This document shows positions 27,521 through 40,544 of a stretch of 64,000 bases of DNA, in pieces. The DNA is from the human T2T-CHM13v2.0 reference genome, Homo sapiens: NCBI RefSeq assembly GCF_009914755.1, contig NC_060931.1; one strand, 5' to 3'. A model generated the notes under the pieces. That model saw nothing but the letters and a program-made list of their open reading frames with translations, did not search any database and had not been told where the DNA came from. Positions within the stretch are counted from its first letter, which is position 1; each line of letters begins with the position of its first letter. Made by a program: the position numbers and the translations under genes.

Positions 27521-29149
27521 TCCAAAAATGCAGCCTCCCTAAAGGAATCTCTACAACACTCAAACAAAACGCTATTTTGATTTCTTGCCTTTTCCATGTG
27601 AAGATTCTGAAAACCAACTTCCTTACAAATTAAATCCTCCACTGAGCCTGGGGCATCTGCAACAACTAACTCAGATTTTGGCCTCTTGCACACAACCCTG
27701 AGCTATTACAAAAGCAGCCACCTGAGGCTGAAGAGGAGAAGGACTCGTCAACACACCAGTGTCTCCTGGCCACCCCCTAAACACGGCCCACGGTCCCAAT
27801 AAAGCTGACCCCGGACAACAGGCAACTATGCCCACAGCTCCTTTCTGGAGAAAACTTAATGTCCTTTCTCCCTGCCTTAGAGATACCGAAATCTTTAAAA
27901 TGCAGGCATCTGGGAAATGACGCATCAGAAGGGAGAAAAAATGGGAACACTGTAGAAAAAAACTGGCAAATGGAAAATCTTAAAGTCCTTTCCATATGTA
28001 TTAACAAAAGACTTTGGCCATCCGAACAGGTAACTTTATCTGCCAAGAACACAATTTGGACCGACCAGTGAGTTTTATATTATCGTTCCTGGCACAGGGC
28101 TACAATTTGAGAACAGAGGCCAGGAATCTCTGCTTCTGTCTGTTTGGTTATGTACGTCTATATGTATGTATGTTATTTATATCTCATATTACCCTACCTT
28201 CTGATGTTATTATTAGAGATAACATATAAACGAGATCTATTTTATTTGCCTAAAGAAAATTAGGTGCTTGTAAAAATTAAATATTTTGTGAGAAAAAAGG
28301 AACTAACCCAATGGTTTTCAAGTTCATCTAACTTGAGTAATCTTTAATAAATAAGAATGTCGATGATGTAGTAGAAATGGACATTCTACCTAGCTGAGCT
28401 AGTCAAATAAGCTCATTATTCCTGTTAAAAAATTTGTCAACAAGAAAAATAACCTGAGATGACAGGTAGTTTGATATTATCCGTCTGTTTAAAAACAGTT
28501 TCCAAAATATTTTTGAAAACTTGAAACTCTGAAATTATACTAAGTTAAATTAAATGATATTTACTACATATCTAGATCATGCCCAAATAAGATAAACTAC
28601 TAAAACACTAATTCCTAAAAAGAAGTTTAAGCTCAAGTATTTTTGGCTTATTCTAGAGGAACTGGAGCTACCTAGGTCTGCCAGTAAGTGTGTCCTGTGC
28701 TGAGAAAGTACATGCCATTTAATAACTATGATATCATGTACTTCCTAATTCACAGTGCATATCAGTGTCACTAAGGATTAAGAATTTGAATTAACATGTG
28801 TAATTAAAATCACTAGAAATAAAGATGAAAGCAAACAACTGTATATGAAAAAAACAGAGAAAGTATGATGTGTTTTTAATAAGGAAAAGTATATGAGGTC
28901 TGTGTTTAAGGAAAAAGAGAGTACTTTTAACTTAAAGCAAGATGACTGATTGTTCCAGAATAAAAAAGAAGAAAATGAGTAAGAAAAAAACTGAGTGGGT
29001 ATACACAGTTGTAGAAAGTCTGACAAAAGAAATTTTATGTGTGGTCAAACTACTAACATTAGAATGATTTTATTTATAAGTTTTTGTTAAAAAAAGCTTC
29101 AAGTACTGACACAAAGTGAGTTTGTTTTCTATTAATAGTGCAATATTTT

Positions 29150-29447
29150 CTTTCTTTTTTTTTTTTGAGACGGAGTCTTGCTCTGTCACCCAGGCTGGAG
29201 TACAGTGGGGCCATCTCGGCTCACTGCAAGCTCTGCCTCCTGGGTTCACGCCATTCTCCCGCCTCAGCCTCCTGAGTAGCTGGGACTAGAGGCGCCCGCC
29301 ACCAGGCCCGGCTAATTTTTTGTATATTTAGTAGAGACGGGGTCTCACCGTGTTAGCCAGGATGGTCTTGATCTCCTGACCTCATGATCTGCCTGCCTCA
29401 GCCTCCCAAAGTGCTGGGATTACAGGAATGAGTCACCGCGCCTGGCC
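29150..29447 (-). mobile_element. AluY
   Basis: Y diagnostics (cactgcaagctc..., gggttcacgccattctcc, ccgtgttagccaggatggtc); TSD-like aatagtgcaatattttctt / aataggacaatatttttctt. Confidence 0.93.
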
Positions 29448-29493
29448 AATAGGACAATATTTTCTTGAATATTGGTCTTCTCTTAATTACAAA

Positions 29494-29539
<46 letters not shown>

Positions 29540-29658
29540 TTTTAAGTAATTGGCCTAGAAAACAATGATTTTGTGTTTTATCAGGATAACTTATTAAGCT
29601 TCATGCTGTCTCTAGTCTTTGATTAGTTAAGAAAAGTGAGTCTTTAACATTAAAAAAG

Positions 29659-29984
<326 letters not shown>

Positions 29985-30045
29985 TTATTACAATCTGGTA
30001 TCTGTTCCATAAAAACCTGCTGAAAAATGTTAATAAATGGGAGGA

Positions 30046-30343
<298 letters not shown>

Positions 30344-30557
30344 TGAGAGGATCAGCCAACGCATCAGCAAATGTCAGCCGGATGGTTTAATTTCCACTCA
30401 TCCCACGACACGAGGCAACCCTCAAACACACAGGTCCTGGCCATGAAGCCTTCAGGGAATCACAGGACTGGGTGCTGACCCAGAAAACTCTACAAAGCTT
30501 TGTGACCAAAGAGGTTCGAGTCCCAAGTCCCCTTCAGGAAGAGCTGCAGTCTGCTCA

Positions 30558-30945
30558 TGTGTCTAAGTTTGCCTCTGTTGCTTATAACAACATACCGGAA
30601 ACTGGGTAAATTATAAAGGAAAGGCATTTATTTCTCACAGTTATGAGGCTGGATAAATCCAGGGTCGAGTGGCCACAATGGCTTTCTTGCTGGCGGGGAC
30701 TTTTCAGGGTTCCCAGGTGGCACAGGCCATCGTGTAGTGAGGGGGCTGAGCGTGTTGGCCCAGGTCTCTCTTCTTCTTATAAAACCTATCCCTTGAAAAC
30801 CCACTAATCTATTAACGATTAACCCACTTACGAGGGCAGAGCTTTCATGACCCAATCACCTCTTCAAGGCCCGTCTCTCAATACTACTACATTGAGGATT
30901 GTTTTAACCTAAGTATTGAAGGGGATAAATATTCAAACCATAGCA
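30558..30945. mobile_element. MaLR LTR (MLT1A/MST-like)
   Basis: ttataacaa.atacc..aaactgggtaa.ttataaag.aaag..atttatttctcacagtt...attcaaaccatagca. Confidence 0.75.
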
Positions 30946-31892
30946 AATCAAAAACATGTGAGAGTCGAAGCCACCAAGAATCTGACAGGTTGCATGAAAG
31001 CGCACATTAGTGTCCATCCACAGTGGCCATGTACCCAAGACAACCACTGCTGCCCCGGAAGAAGCTGAGAGGTCACTGGCCACACACTGAGGAGCTGTGT
31101 GTGTGGTGAGCTGCATGCTGGCTGTGGGTTTCGTTTCCACTGACCCAGGTCTCTGAGCCTCTCAAGAACCCCCGCGTCAACACAGTCCTTGTGGAAGAAC
31201 AGGCTGAGCCCAGGAAAAGGAGGAGGCCCCGACAGACAACATGCTGTAAAAACCATGGCTCATAAGTAAAGAATGTGAAATGGGTATATAAATATAAAAT
31301 CATAAAAAATGAGGCCAGCAGGAATTGTTACTGCTGTGGCCATGTGGAGAAGCAGCCGCCACTCGTCACCAACCCCCACCAGCAGGACAGGAAGCAGCCA
31401 GGTTCTGAGGACACCCAGGCATACCTGGGGAGGAGGAGGCAGGTGTGAGAGCCCAAGGATGGAGGAGACAGAGATCAAGGGAGGGGAGTGGAGAAGGCAG
31501 AGAGGTATGCACCAGGAGAGGCCATCGACTGGTGGGAGCTTGCTGTGTCTGGGGTCACCAGCACCAGACTGAGCCCTGACCTCAGCAGGAGAGGTGGGGA
31601 GGAAGCTGACTCTGACCCCATCAGCAGCAGCTCACCTCAAGGGGCCGGCCGCCCACCCTGAATGGCTTCCTGTGACCCACTGTGGTCACCCAGGCAACAG
31701 CTCCGTTCTTCCCAGACAGGAGAAGCCATTAGTGCACTTCTGAGTGGCCCACTCCTTCACCTGCCAGAAACTGACTTCTCAACCATAAAGAATCATAAAG
31801 AACCTTTATGATTCTTAAGCATTTTATTCAGGGTAAAAATTAATTCAGTGAGATTTGTTTCCTATAAAAAGTAAATATAAAGACATTACTTT

Positions 31893-32185
31893 AAAAAAAA
31901 ATAGAGACAGCTTCTTGCTCTGTTGTCTGTGTTGTCCAGGCTGGAGTGCAGTGGTGCCATCATGGCTCACTGCAGCCTTGAACTGGGCTCAAGCAATCCT
32001 CCTGCCTCAGCCTCCTGAGAAGCTGGGACTATAGGTGTGTGCCACCACACCAGGTTAAGTTAAAAAGTTTTTTTGGTGTCTTGCTATGTTAATCAGGCTT
32101 GTCTTGAACTCCTGCCTTCAAGTTACCCTCCTGCCTCGATCTCCCAAAGTGCTGGGGTTACAGGCATGAGCCCATTGCACCAGGC
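31893..32185 (-). mobile_element. Alu (AluJ-type)
   Basis: Diverged antisense Alu flanked by TSD ataaagacattacttta. Confidence 0.9.
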
Positions 32186-35100
32186 ATAAAGACATTACTT
32201 TAAGACTGTCCCAACCAATAAACAGTTATTAATTATTTAAATATCCAAGACGAGGAAATGACCTTAAAGAGTTTAGAAAATGGAAGAAATCTAGTCAAAA
32301 AGATCCAAAAGAAAAAAGTGACCAGGCTGTTTATCTCATCAGTCCAAAAAGTTATTTGGACTAGAACAAGGACCTACTTATATCAGAAAGAAAATGAAAA
32401 GGAAAGATATAGGCACCTTTTAAGATACAACTGACGTCTACACCATCAATATCGACATCAGAGGAACCTACTTCTCTGCTCTCTGCCGTGGATGCCAAAA
32501 CTGCTCGGTTCAGACCTTCTGGAGCATAACACAGTGATTATTCATTTAGTTTCTTAGAACAGGTCTGCCTTGAACATCTGCTGAGGACCACGAACAGCAA
32601 GCTCCCACCAGAGCTCCAGCTCCCGCAGCAGAGGGCAGCATCGCAGGGCAGCTGAGCCGAGACCACAGAGCGAGGTGGAATGCTGCAGCCACACAGGGCC
32701 TTGGACCCTCCGAGGAGGGTCAGTGCCCACATGACGCTGTGAGCAAGAACCCATTTGTGGACACTGTCTGGTTTCCTCTGACAAAGAGAAACAAGCAAGA
32801 AGGGGTTAGGTGTAAAATGGGTTGTGATTAACCATATCCCACATGACACAACCGACACAGGAATGAGAAAGTGGGCTAAAATAGTGTCATCTGGTCATAG
32901 GAGATGGTGATTCCCATTTTATATGAGTGGCTTGAAGTTAACCCTCAAATGCTGGTGAAATATTTTATTCCCACCAACAAAACGGTCACTAGAACATTGT
33001 TTGTAGTAGCAAAATACTGTCGGCTACCTAAAAGTCCATGGACCTGGGAGAGACTAAAGAAACACATTAGAATACTATAGCAGCTCTTAAAGAGAATATA
33101 AGAACAAATGCAAAACAGTTGCCAAATACATTGTTACACTGAAATACAAAACAGAAAAGAAAAGCAAGATGCCGAGCACATGTGTGAAGAGTATGCCAGC
33201 TTCCACGTGTCTGGAAGGAAAAGCGGGGTCTACCCACGTGTGGACGTGTGCGCACCCCAACTCTCCAGGGGCAACTTGGGGCTGGCAGCAGTGAAGTCTG
33301 TAGAGACATTTCCCATTATATACATTTTTGAACAGAATTTTTCTATGTGCATATTAGATATATATATGTATATCACTTAATTTCTACTGTGAGAATTTTC
33401 ATTAATTTGTTCAGCAAAAGCTTTTAAAATATCTCTCTAGATGCTAAGTTCTGTGTGAGACTTGGGAGAAGCAGCAGAAACATGATGCCATCTCCTCTGG
33501 GCACTGGAGGAGAAGGACCAAGAAATCACACAGTGAGTTATGATCACGAAAGTCACAGAATGCTGTGGGACAGGAAAGGAAGCACATTTCCATCCTACTC
33601 AGCAGCCACCAGTCCTTGCTTTAGGAGTTCATTCCCCCAAGTATGATAGAGAATATGTTTCTCTGACATAAGTCATCCTTCTTTCTGAGGATGTTTGTAT
33701 AGCAAACAACCTAGGAGAGTTCGATAATTAAGATAATTACAATACCATCTCTCTCTGTAACAAAGGCTGGGGATTTGCCAGCAGCCTCCTTTTGACACTG
33801 GGGGTTTCCTAAGCCAGTTCTCCTCAGCTACAACACAAATGCACTGCATCGGAGGGGGCCGCTCCCACTGCTCCTGGGGGGCTTGAGAAGCAGAGGGAAC
33901 CCGTGCGCACACGCAGCTCATGATGCCTGCTGTGCTGTGAACAGCAAGTCTCTTGTCTCTGGCCCAGCATCTCACGTCTTCTGCAGCATCTGCAAAACTG
34001 TGGCAGGCGACGTTGTTAGCCTGCAAGTGGGGAATGACCTCAAACCCTCCATAGTTCCTGACATGTAGATCGAAATTAGTTCAGCATCCATTGTTTTAAA
34101 AAAAATCAAAGAAAAGTTAGTTTTTAAGCCTAGCACTTTCCATGGCCTGGTCTAAGCTGACATTCACAGTCAGATCCATTTCAGCCATGCGCCTCTGAAG
34201 GATGTCTCAGAACAGTGAGCTCCCAGAACACATAGAGACCACCTCTGCTTCTCCCCAGAGGAGGTCACACCCCTCCAGACGCAGGTGTAAGAATGATATA
34301 AAGTCACACGAAAGTTCCTATCCAGCCTGTGCCTAGGCAGGAAGCCTGGACAAAGCCCCCTCAGGGACCTGTGCCTTCCACCTGCGAGTTGGCATGGGCC
34401 ATGGAAACAGGGCTGGATCTCGGCTCTGAGGCCGGGAGTGCCTCATACACATATCGGCAAGAGAAAGCTTGTCTTAGTGATGCATCGATGTTAAGTCATA
34501 CAGCTCCAAATAACTCCTAAGCTTACAAAGAGAATCCCGTAAGAGAGCTTAGAATTGAAATTGGTTTCTGTCTGGATTTACGTGTTTTTTTGTTTTTTTT
34601 TTAGATTCAACATGTAATAAAGAGAAACATTTCCAAATCAGACTTACACAAATTACCTCATTGGAATTGGAAGCTAGATTTTTTTCACCTCATTTCTGGC
34701 ACTCTTTCACACAAATTTCTTAATCGTATGGATTTAAAAGTGGCTGTAACAGACCCTCAGTATCTCATCTCACCTGGCGTCAGGTGCAAATGCACACTGT
34801 TGTCTCGTGGAGTCACTCAGCCCATCTAATCAGACGCCTGCCTCAGCCTCAGCCTGTAGATTCCGGTTCACATCGCTGATAGCATCTTTATTCTGGTAAC
34901 TTACTTCTATTTACATCCCTGGCATTTGAGCCACGCATATTTCAAAGAGTACAGAAAAACAAAAGAGTGGCCAGGCTGAGGCCCCGGCATGCTGCTGCTT
35001 CTCTCCTGAAGGGCAGTGTCTTGTTACCAAGTACTTCGTGCAAGTCAAAAAGGTACAACAGATCAGATACAGATATTTTTCCTACAGAGCTGACACTGGA

Positions 35101-35949
35101 AATAAGAGCCTTCAATATGAGATGTCCAGGTAGACACCTTGTCGCTGCAAGAAAGCCGAGTGACAAGTTTCCCAACCAACGCTGCCTGCGAGGGGCTCTC
35201 GGGCCTGCATATGAACCCGCTCAAGCTGGCGTGGGGCTGAGTGACTGCCTGGGACCTGCGGCCCCTAGCGCCCGATATGACTCACACACGGACTGCCCAC
35301 TGAGGGGGAGCCCCTGTGAATAGTGTAAATGTGCTGACCTGCCTTTGGGTGAGGGTGTTCCAGGAGGCGTCGCCAATCTCAGGTTAAGCTAGGGTCCAGC
35401 TACCGTGCAGAGAGCCATCAGATGGCTCCAGGCTCCCTCAAAATCTTTTTTTTTTAATGTATTGTTTGCAAACTTTTAAGAAAGTGGAATATTTTATATA
35501 AATCTGCATTTCTAATATCCCATGAAAACAGGAAGCTGGACAATTTGGAACTTGGAGGTGAGGAGGGCAACCCTAAAAGCCTGTCTCTCCTCAGGACTAC
35601 CTTTCCTAACTCAGAACTTTCACTGGAAGAAGGACCTCCCATGGCCACGCTGCTGCTTCTGCCGTGGCAGACTGGCTGCCTCCTCCATCCACATCTCCTG
35701 GGCCGCATCAGCATTTCCCAGGACAGACTCTCAGCATGGCTTCAGCCAAGTTACTTTATTTGCCTTTCTCTGGACAGAGTTCAACCAGACAATCTGGAAG
35801 ATGGGCCAGAACCATGCGTGCACCGCGGAATCGCAGATCTTTACAGCCGGAAGAAGCCTCGGAGGCAGAGCCTGCACGTTTCAGACCAAGAAACGGTGGC
35901 TCAGAGGGGGATGGGAACGGGCAGGGACACCTGTTTTAGTGACAATCTA

Positions 35950-36230
35950 CAGCCCATTGTCCAGCGTGGAGACCGCTGGCCGCCTGTGGCTACTGGACCT
36001 TGAAATGGGGCCCAAACTGTGTCGTGCTGTAAGCACAAAAAACACACTGGACTTCTACAACTTAGCATCAAATAAGAATGCAAAATTAATAATTTCAGGT
36101 TGATTATACGTTGAAATGTTAACGATTCAGATTTATTCAGGTAAATAAAGGATACTATTAAAATTAATCTCTCATGCTTCTTTTTACTCATTGTAATGTG
36201 GCTTGCATTCTGTTGCTGCTGGGCAGGGCT
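35950..36230. mobile_element. hAT-Charlie DNA transposon fossil (MER33-like)
   Basis: Resembles MER33 (tgtggctact...gtgctgtaag..caaaa.acacactggactt...attaaaattaat). Confidence 0.55.
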
Positions 36231-36956
36231 ATTCTTGAATAAAGCCCACCATCTGAGGCCCTCTACAGGACAACAGACTGTTTTAACACAGATTTAATTT
36301 CTTTCTTGAAGAGGAGAAAATCATGACAAAGAGCAGAGAAAGCTGAGGGACAAAGGCCTTGCTACTATTTATAGGCCGGGTGCTATCCCAGGGCAGAGTC
36401 TATAAACAGGTTGATAGCAGGCCCTGTTGGAGCATGATGGCCCAGCATGCCTCTGTCAAACCGGAGAAGGCGATCTGCACGTTCACAGTGTTCACCGCAG
36501 GCCCGTCTTCAGCACAACCAAAGTCCCATTTTCCTGTTTGCTTTCTGCCAAGTACCCACCATCCTTAACCAGATCAAAATCATCTGTCCTATAGCTAAGA
36601 ATTTAAAATGCAAGAATTCAGATAAATGCTTATCCCCTGGAAAACTGAAGCTGCTTTTGCAAAGCATAACAAAGCCCATGAAATTGTTTTAGTAACTGTT
36701 GCTATCATCTCAAACCATGGAAACTGTTACTGCTAAGGATTAAGGTTATCTTTTTAAAGGTGTGTGTGAAGACCCTACCTATCCAACTCTCTCTGAGTTT
36801 TACCAGTAGTTCATTAACAAACAATGGGAAGTGGCCTTTCTTTTTCTTTTTTTTTTTTTTTAAGATGCAGGTGGTGACCCTGAACCACAGCTGAGTGAGG
36901 CGCATTCCCGGGTGAGAATGTCACGGGAGTTCTTACTCACCAAGCCTCTGCCTTAC

Positions 36957-37056
36957 CTTTGTGTTTTTCTGTTTGAGACCTCAGAAGCTCTGCACATTTT
37001 GTTTCTTCCTCCTGTATTTCCAGATGAAATCGGCATTCTGGGTGAATGCTGTTCAC
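36957..37056 (-). CDS. VIPR2: VIPR2 coding exon 2 (VNSIHPECRFHLEIQEEETKCAELLRSQTEKHK + 1 nt)
   Basis: 100 nt; acceptor ...ttcttttaaccgtgaacag|GTG and donor AAAG|gtaagg; the peptide matches the VPAC2 extracellular domain helix. Confidence 0.97.
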
Positions 37057-39232
37057 CTGTTCACGGTTAAAAGAAATATTAATAACTAAAAATTCCACAA
37101 GAAGAAGAAAAGCAAGCAAAAATTCTACAAAAACAACCCCAAACCTCACAGCTTTAAACTGCTTCCAAACCAAAATGCATTTAAAACCAATCACCTTGAT
37201 TTTTCTGGCATTTTTTAAAAACTTCACTATTTACTTTGTAAAGGTATTATAAAACAAACACAAAATCTAATAGAATTTTTTTTTCTGAGCAGGAAAATGA
37301 ACTTACTAACAGAATACATCGGTACTAATTTGGAGGCAACAGAGCTCTTTACTCCATTCATCTCTCCATACCCGGCTCCTCCGTTTCACACCCTTTGGTT
37401 TGGTTTAAGCGGATGCCTGTGGACTGTGCCGCTTCCTCCGAGGACGGCCTCCACCCGGGAAAGAGCCGTGATAGAAGGGCTTTATTTTTAAAGGTGTTGG
37501 TACATGTTCAAAGCTTAACCCTCTAACTACAGATAAAACTGCAATCGTTTTGACTAGAATTTGGGGTGGAAGAGATATTCAAAGAAATCAGCAAGATGAG
37601 GAGGGAGGCAGAGGTGGGGGAATCACACCATTGTGGCCCCACAGAGAAGAGGGGGCGATTTCCAGTCAGGATCCATCAGGGGAGCGAAAGGTGCCACAAA
37701 GATAGTAATTAACAGTCTACTAATGTGAGAAGAAGGCAGAACTACACAATGCTTCCTCTCAGAAGGCACCGTTTCTACCTTGTTCTTCACGCCCTCCGCG
37801 AAGTCAGCACAGGCCTGCCAAGCGGCCCTTGGGGGCTTAAGGAGGGCTCCCCCCACCCATCCTTTTGGTCTTGATCTTCCCCCTCCCCCACCACCGACCA
37901 AAATTCTACTTGTACTAAAGTAGTAACTAAAGAGAATCATACTGTTGGGCGTACTATGGCCATCTATGTTTAGTTATCTTACTATTGAAATGGTCAATGA
38001 GAGTTCCAACCAGGAACACAATATCCTAACAGAATTAAGGGGAAAACAATGCTGGAACTTCTGCCACCTTCAGCCCCATTTAAAAGAGCCCCGAGCTTGC
38101 TTCTTGCTCGTGACTGAACCAGCACCAGGCACTGACTTTGGGCTCCAAGTCCTCTGTTTTCATGCAGGACAAGTAAGTGGCTTAAATTTCAGAATTAAGG
38201 AAATTATATTGATGTAAAAAGAAAAACTTTGTTAAAGTGTAAAAGACATTAATAATACCTGACGTTCCTGGAATATGCACAGCAATGACTTCTTTTAGGA
38301 CATTTTAGCAATGAAAGCAGCATTAACCGTGATAAAACCCGTTACTTTCCAAGGACCCGCTCCGCAAAGCGCCCACCCTCGAGGGAGGAAAGCCGAGCTG
38401 CGCCTCCGCGCAAGGCCAGGGAGTGTGGCTCGAGCCCCGCTGCAGACCGGGCGTCGCCGGTTAATCAATGACACTGTCGGGTCAGCAGCGCAGCCTCCCA
38501 GCTGCGGAGGGGCCGCGGATCGATCCAGACCTGCCTCGGCTGCGACGCGCACGAAAACCGCGCGCACCGCAAACCCGCTTCAGTCTCCAAGAGGAAAGCA
38601 AGAAACAAGGCTCGGGTTTTTTTCTTTCTTTTTTCTTTCCTTTTTTTTTAAGGTTCACAGAGGGAATAATTCAGAACTCCATGTGCGAAGGCACTTAATC
38701 AACAAACTTATGAGCAGTTAGTTCCTCCAGTGCCCTTGGGAAAAAGCAACTATTTCCAAAAGGAAACTTTATTTAACCGACGCCACGTCCCCCCGACACT
38801 AAAACTAACCAGTAAGTACAGGGAGGGACCGAGAGGCATCTGCGGCCAACGCCAACCCCGATCTCCCCGTGAAACGCGCAGCCCGCGCAGGCGCCCGCAG
38901 CTCCCAGCTCCCGGGACGGCCCCGAACGAGCTCATCGTTGACGCGTCCAGGAAGAAACGATCCCGTTTCCAGCAAACCCCGGACGGTGGGGCGCGGGGAA
39001 GGGCGCAGGCAGCCTCCCAACCCGAGTCCCGCAACCCGGCGGGACCGGAGCTCAGCGCTTCACGCTCTCCGGGAGGAAGCTCCGGACCCCGGGCGACCCC
39101 GCTCCCTCTCCCGGACCCCGCCCGCGCTCCAGCACCCGGGAGGAAGGCGAAGACCGGCGGGAGGAGCGCTCTTCTCGGAAGGGGAGAACCGGGTCCGAGG
39201 CGCCGTGGGGCGGGGGTCGCGGGCGCACTCAC

Positions 39233-39283
39233 GGGGGCGAGCAGCCAGCAGGTCAGCAGCGCGGGAGGCAGCAGCGTCCGCAT
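39233..39283 (-). CDS. VIPR2: VIPR2 coding exon 1 (signal peptide, MRTLLPPALLTCWLLAP)
   Basis: ATG at 39283-39281; 51 nt = 17 codons matching the known VPAC2 N-terminus; followed by donor GTGAGT (actcac at 39227-39232); phase 0. Confidence 0.97.
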
Positions 39284-39290
39284 CCCGAGC

Positions 39291-39362
39291 TCAGCGTGCC
39301 GGGGGCCGCCCAGCGCCCGCCGCCTCCGTCCTAGGTCCCCGCGGTTCCGCCGCCTCCAGCAT
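39291..39362 (-). other. Candidate uORF in the VIPR2 5' leader (MLEAAEPRGPRTEAAGAGRPPAR*)
   Basis: ATG 39362-39360, TGA 39293-39291, ending 7 nt before the main ATG; requires a TSS upstream of 39362. Confidence 0.6.
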
Positions 39363-40544
39363 GGGCCGGGAGCGAGTGCGCGGAGACCTCGGGCCCCGCA
39401 GCTGTAGCCGAGCGCCCCGAGCGCGGGGGCCGCCCCCTCCGTCCCGGCAGCTGGAGCGCGCTCAATGCACGCCCGTCCCCCACGCGCCCCGCCGCTCCGC
39501 CCCCCGCCCCTGTCCCCGCCCCGCGCTGCCCCAGTCCTCGTCTCCCTCCTCCCCCGAGAACCCCCGCTCCGCGCCCCTCCTCCCCGCCCCCCACTTCCCC
39601 TTCCGCTGCGCCCCGCGCCCTCTCCTCGCCCCTGGGCTCTCTGTCCCCGCCGCGCGCGCTCCCTCTGGTCTCCTCGACCCCCCCAGCCTCTCTCTCCGTC
39701 CTCCTCCCCTCTTCCCTGGCCCACGCCCCCCTCCCGGCCGCGCCTCCCCGATCTGTGGGCGGAGGGGCTGGGAAACGGGGTGCTCAGTGCGCGCCCGGCT
39801 CCGAGTAGAGAGAACTGGGGGAGAGCGGCCGGCGCGGGGCCGGGAGAGGAGGACCGGGCCAGGTGTGCGCTCGGAAGGGGCGGATGCCTTTGCGGCCGCC
39901 TGTACCTGCCTTTCTAAACAACTGCGGAAGCCCAAGAAAGCGGCCAGAGACCCGTCCGGGGTGGGCGCGCCGTCTTTGTAGCCAGTGGGGCTAGGTTGGG
40001 GCATCTGAAAATGGAGAAAATTAGAGTGCTTTTTGGTGGGGATCCCCGCAGCCTCAAAAGAGGACATCAGGTCGAACAGAAAGCTGGAGAAAAACGCAGA
40101 CGGGGGTATAGGTGGGTCCCAGCCTCAGCTGGGTGGCGGGTTTTGTGTCCTGCGTTTGCAAAACGGGGGTCATTCTCTCCCCGCAAACGCGGCGGCGGGT
40201 GGGGAACGCTGGGCGGGGACTCACGCGGTGCCACTGGGGCCGCCCCGCCGCGCCCCACGCGGGACTGCGCGGCCTCCCAAGGCGCCCGCGTGACCAACCC
40301 AGGAGAGCTCGGCGTTCCCCAGCAAGTGGAAAGCACTGGAATGAGAGATACAAGTTAAGTTCGTGTTGTTTTAATTTTTTATTTGGAAATAATTTCAAAC
40401 TTACACAAAAATTAGAAGAATAAGAATATTACAAATAACTCCTTTTTATCCTTTTTGTGGATTCGGTCATTAACATTTACCTCATTGGGCTTATCATTTG
40501 CTTCTCTCTGATCCCCCACCCCCCGTATTCACAGATATCGATTT

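Larger units (their letters stand above)
26385..29655 (+). mobile_element. Degenerate ERV1 (MER4-group) provirus fragment, copy A: 5' LTR (~26385-26806), PBS-like site, splice donor, gag-like remnant and internal sequence
   Basis: LTR with CCAAT and TATAAAA ending ...ttttgaca; followed by gtcagaagtgagatc, resembling a tRNA-Leu PBS; donor CAG|GTAAGA at 27093; GTPANYMFRNY...FLEKW resembles decayed gag; inverted homolog at 56580-60510. Confidence 0.75.
38340..40320 (-). promoter_or_regulatory. VIPR2: VIPR2 CpG-island promoter with GC boxes
   Basis: Very high GC and CpG density around exon 1; several CCGCCC Sp/KLF boxes at about 39497-39590; no obvious TATA box. Confidence 0.9.

Noticed and set aside
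38730-40067. Long ORFs (200-370 aa) across the CpG island, including a 324-aa minus ORF containing exon 1
   Set aside because: Stop-poor GC-rich DNA; only the 17 codons bounded by ATG and the GT donor match VIPR2
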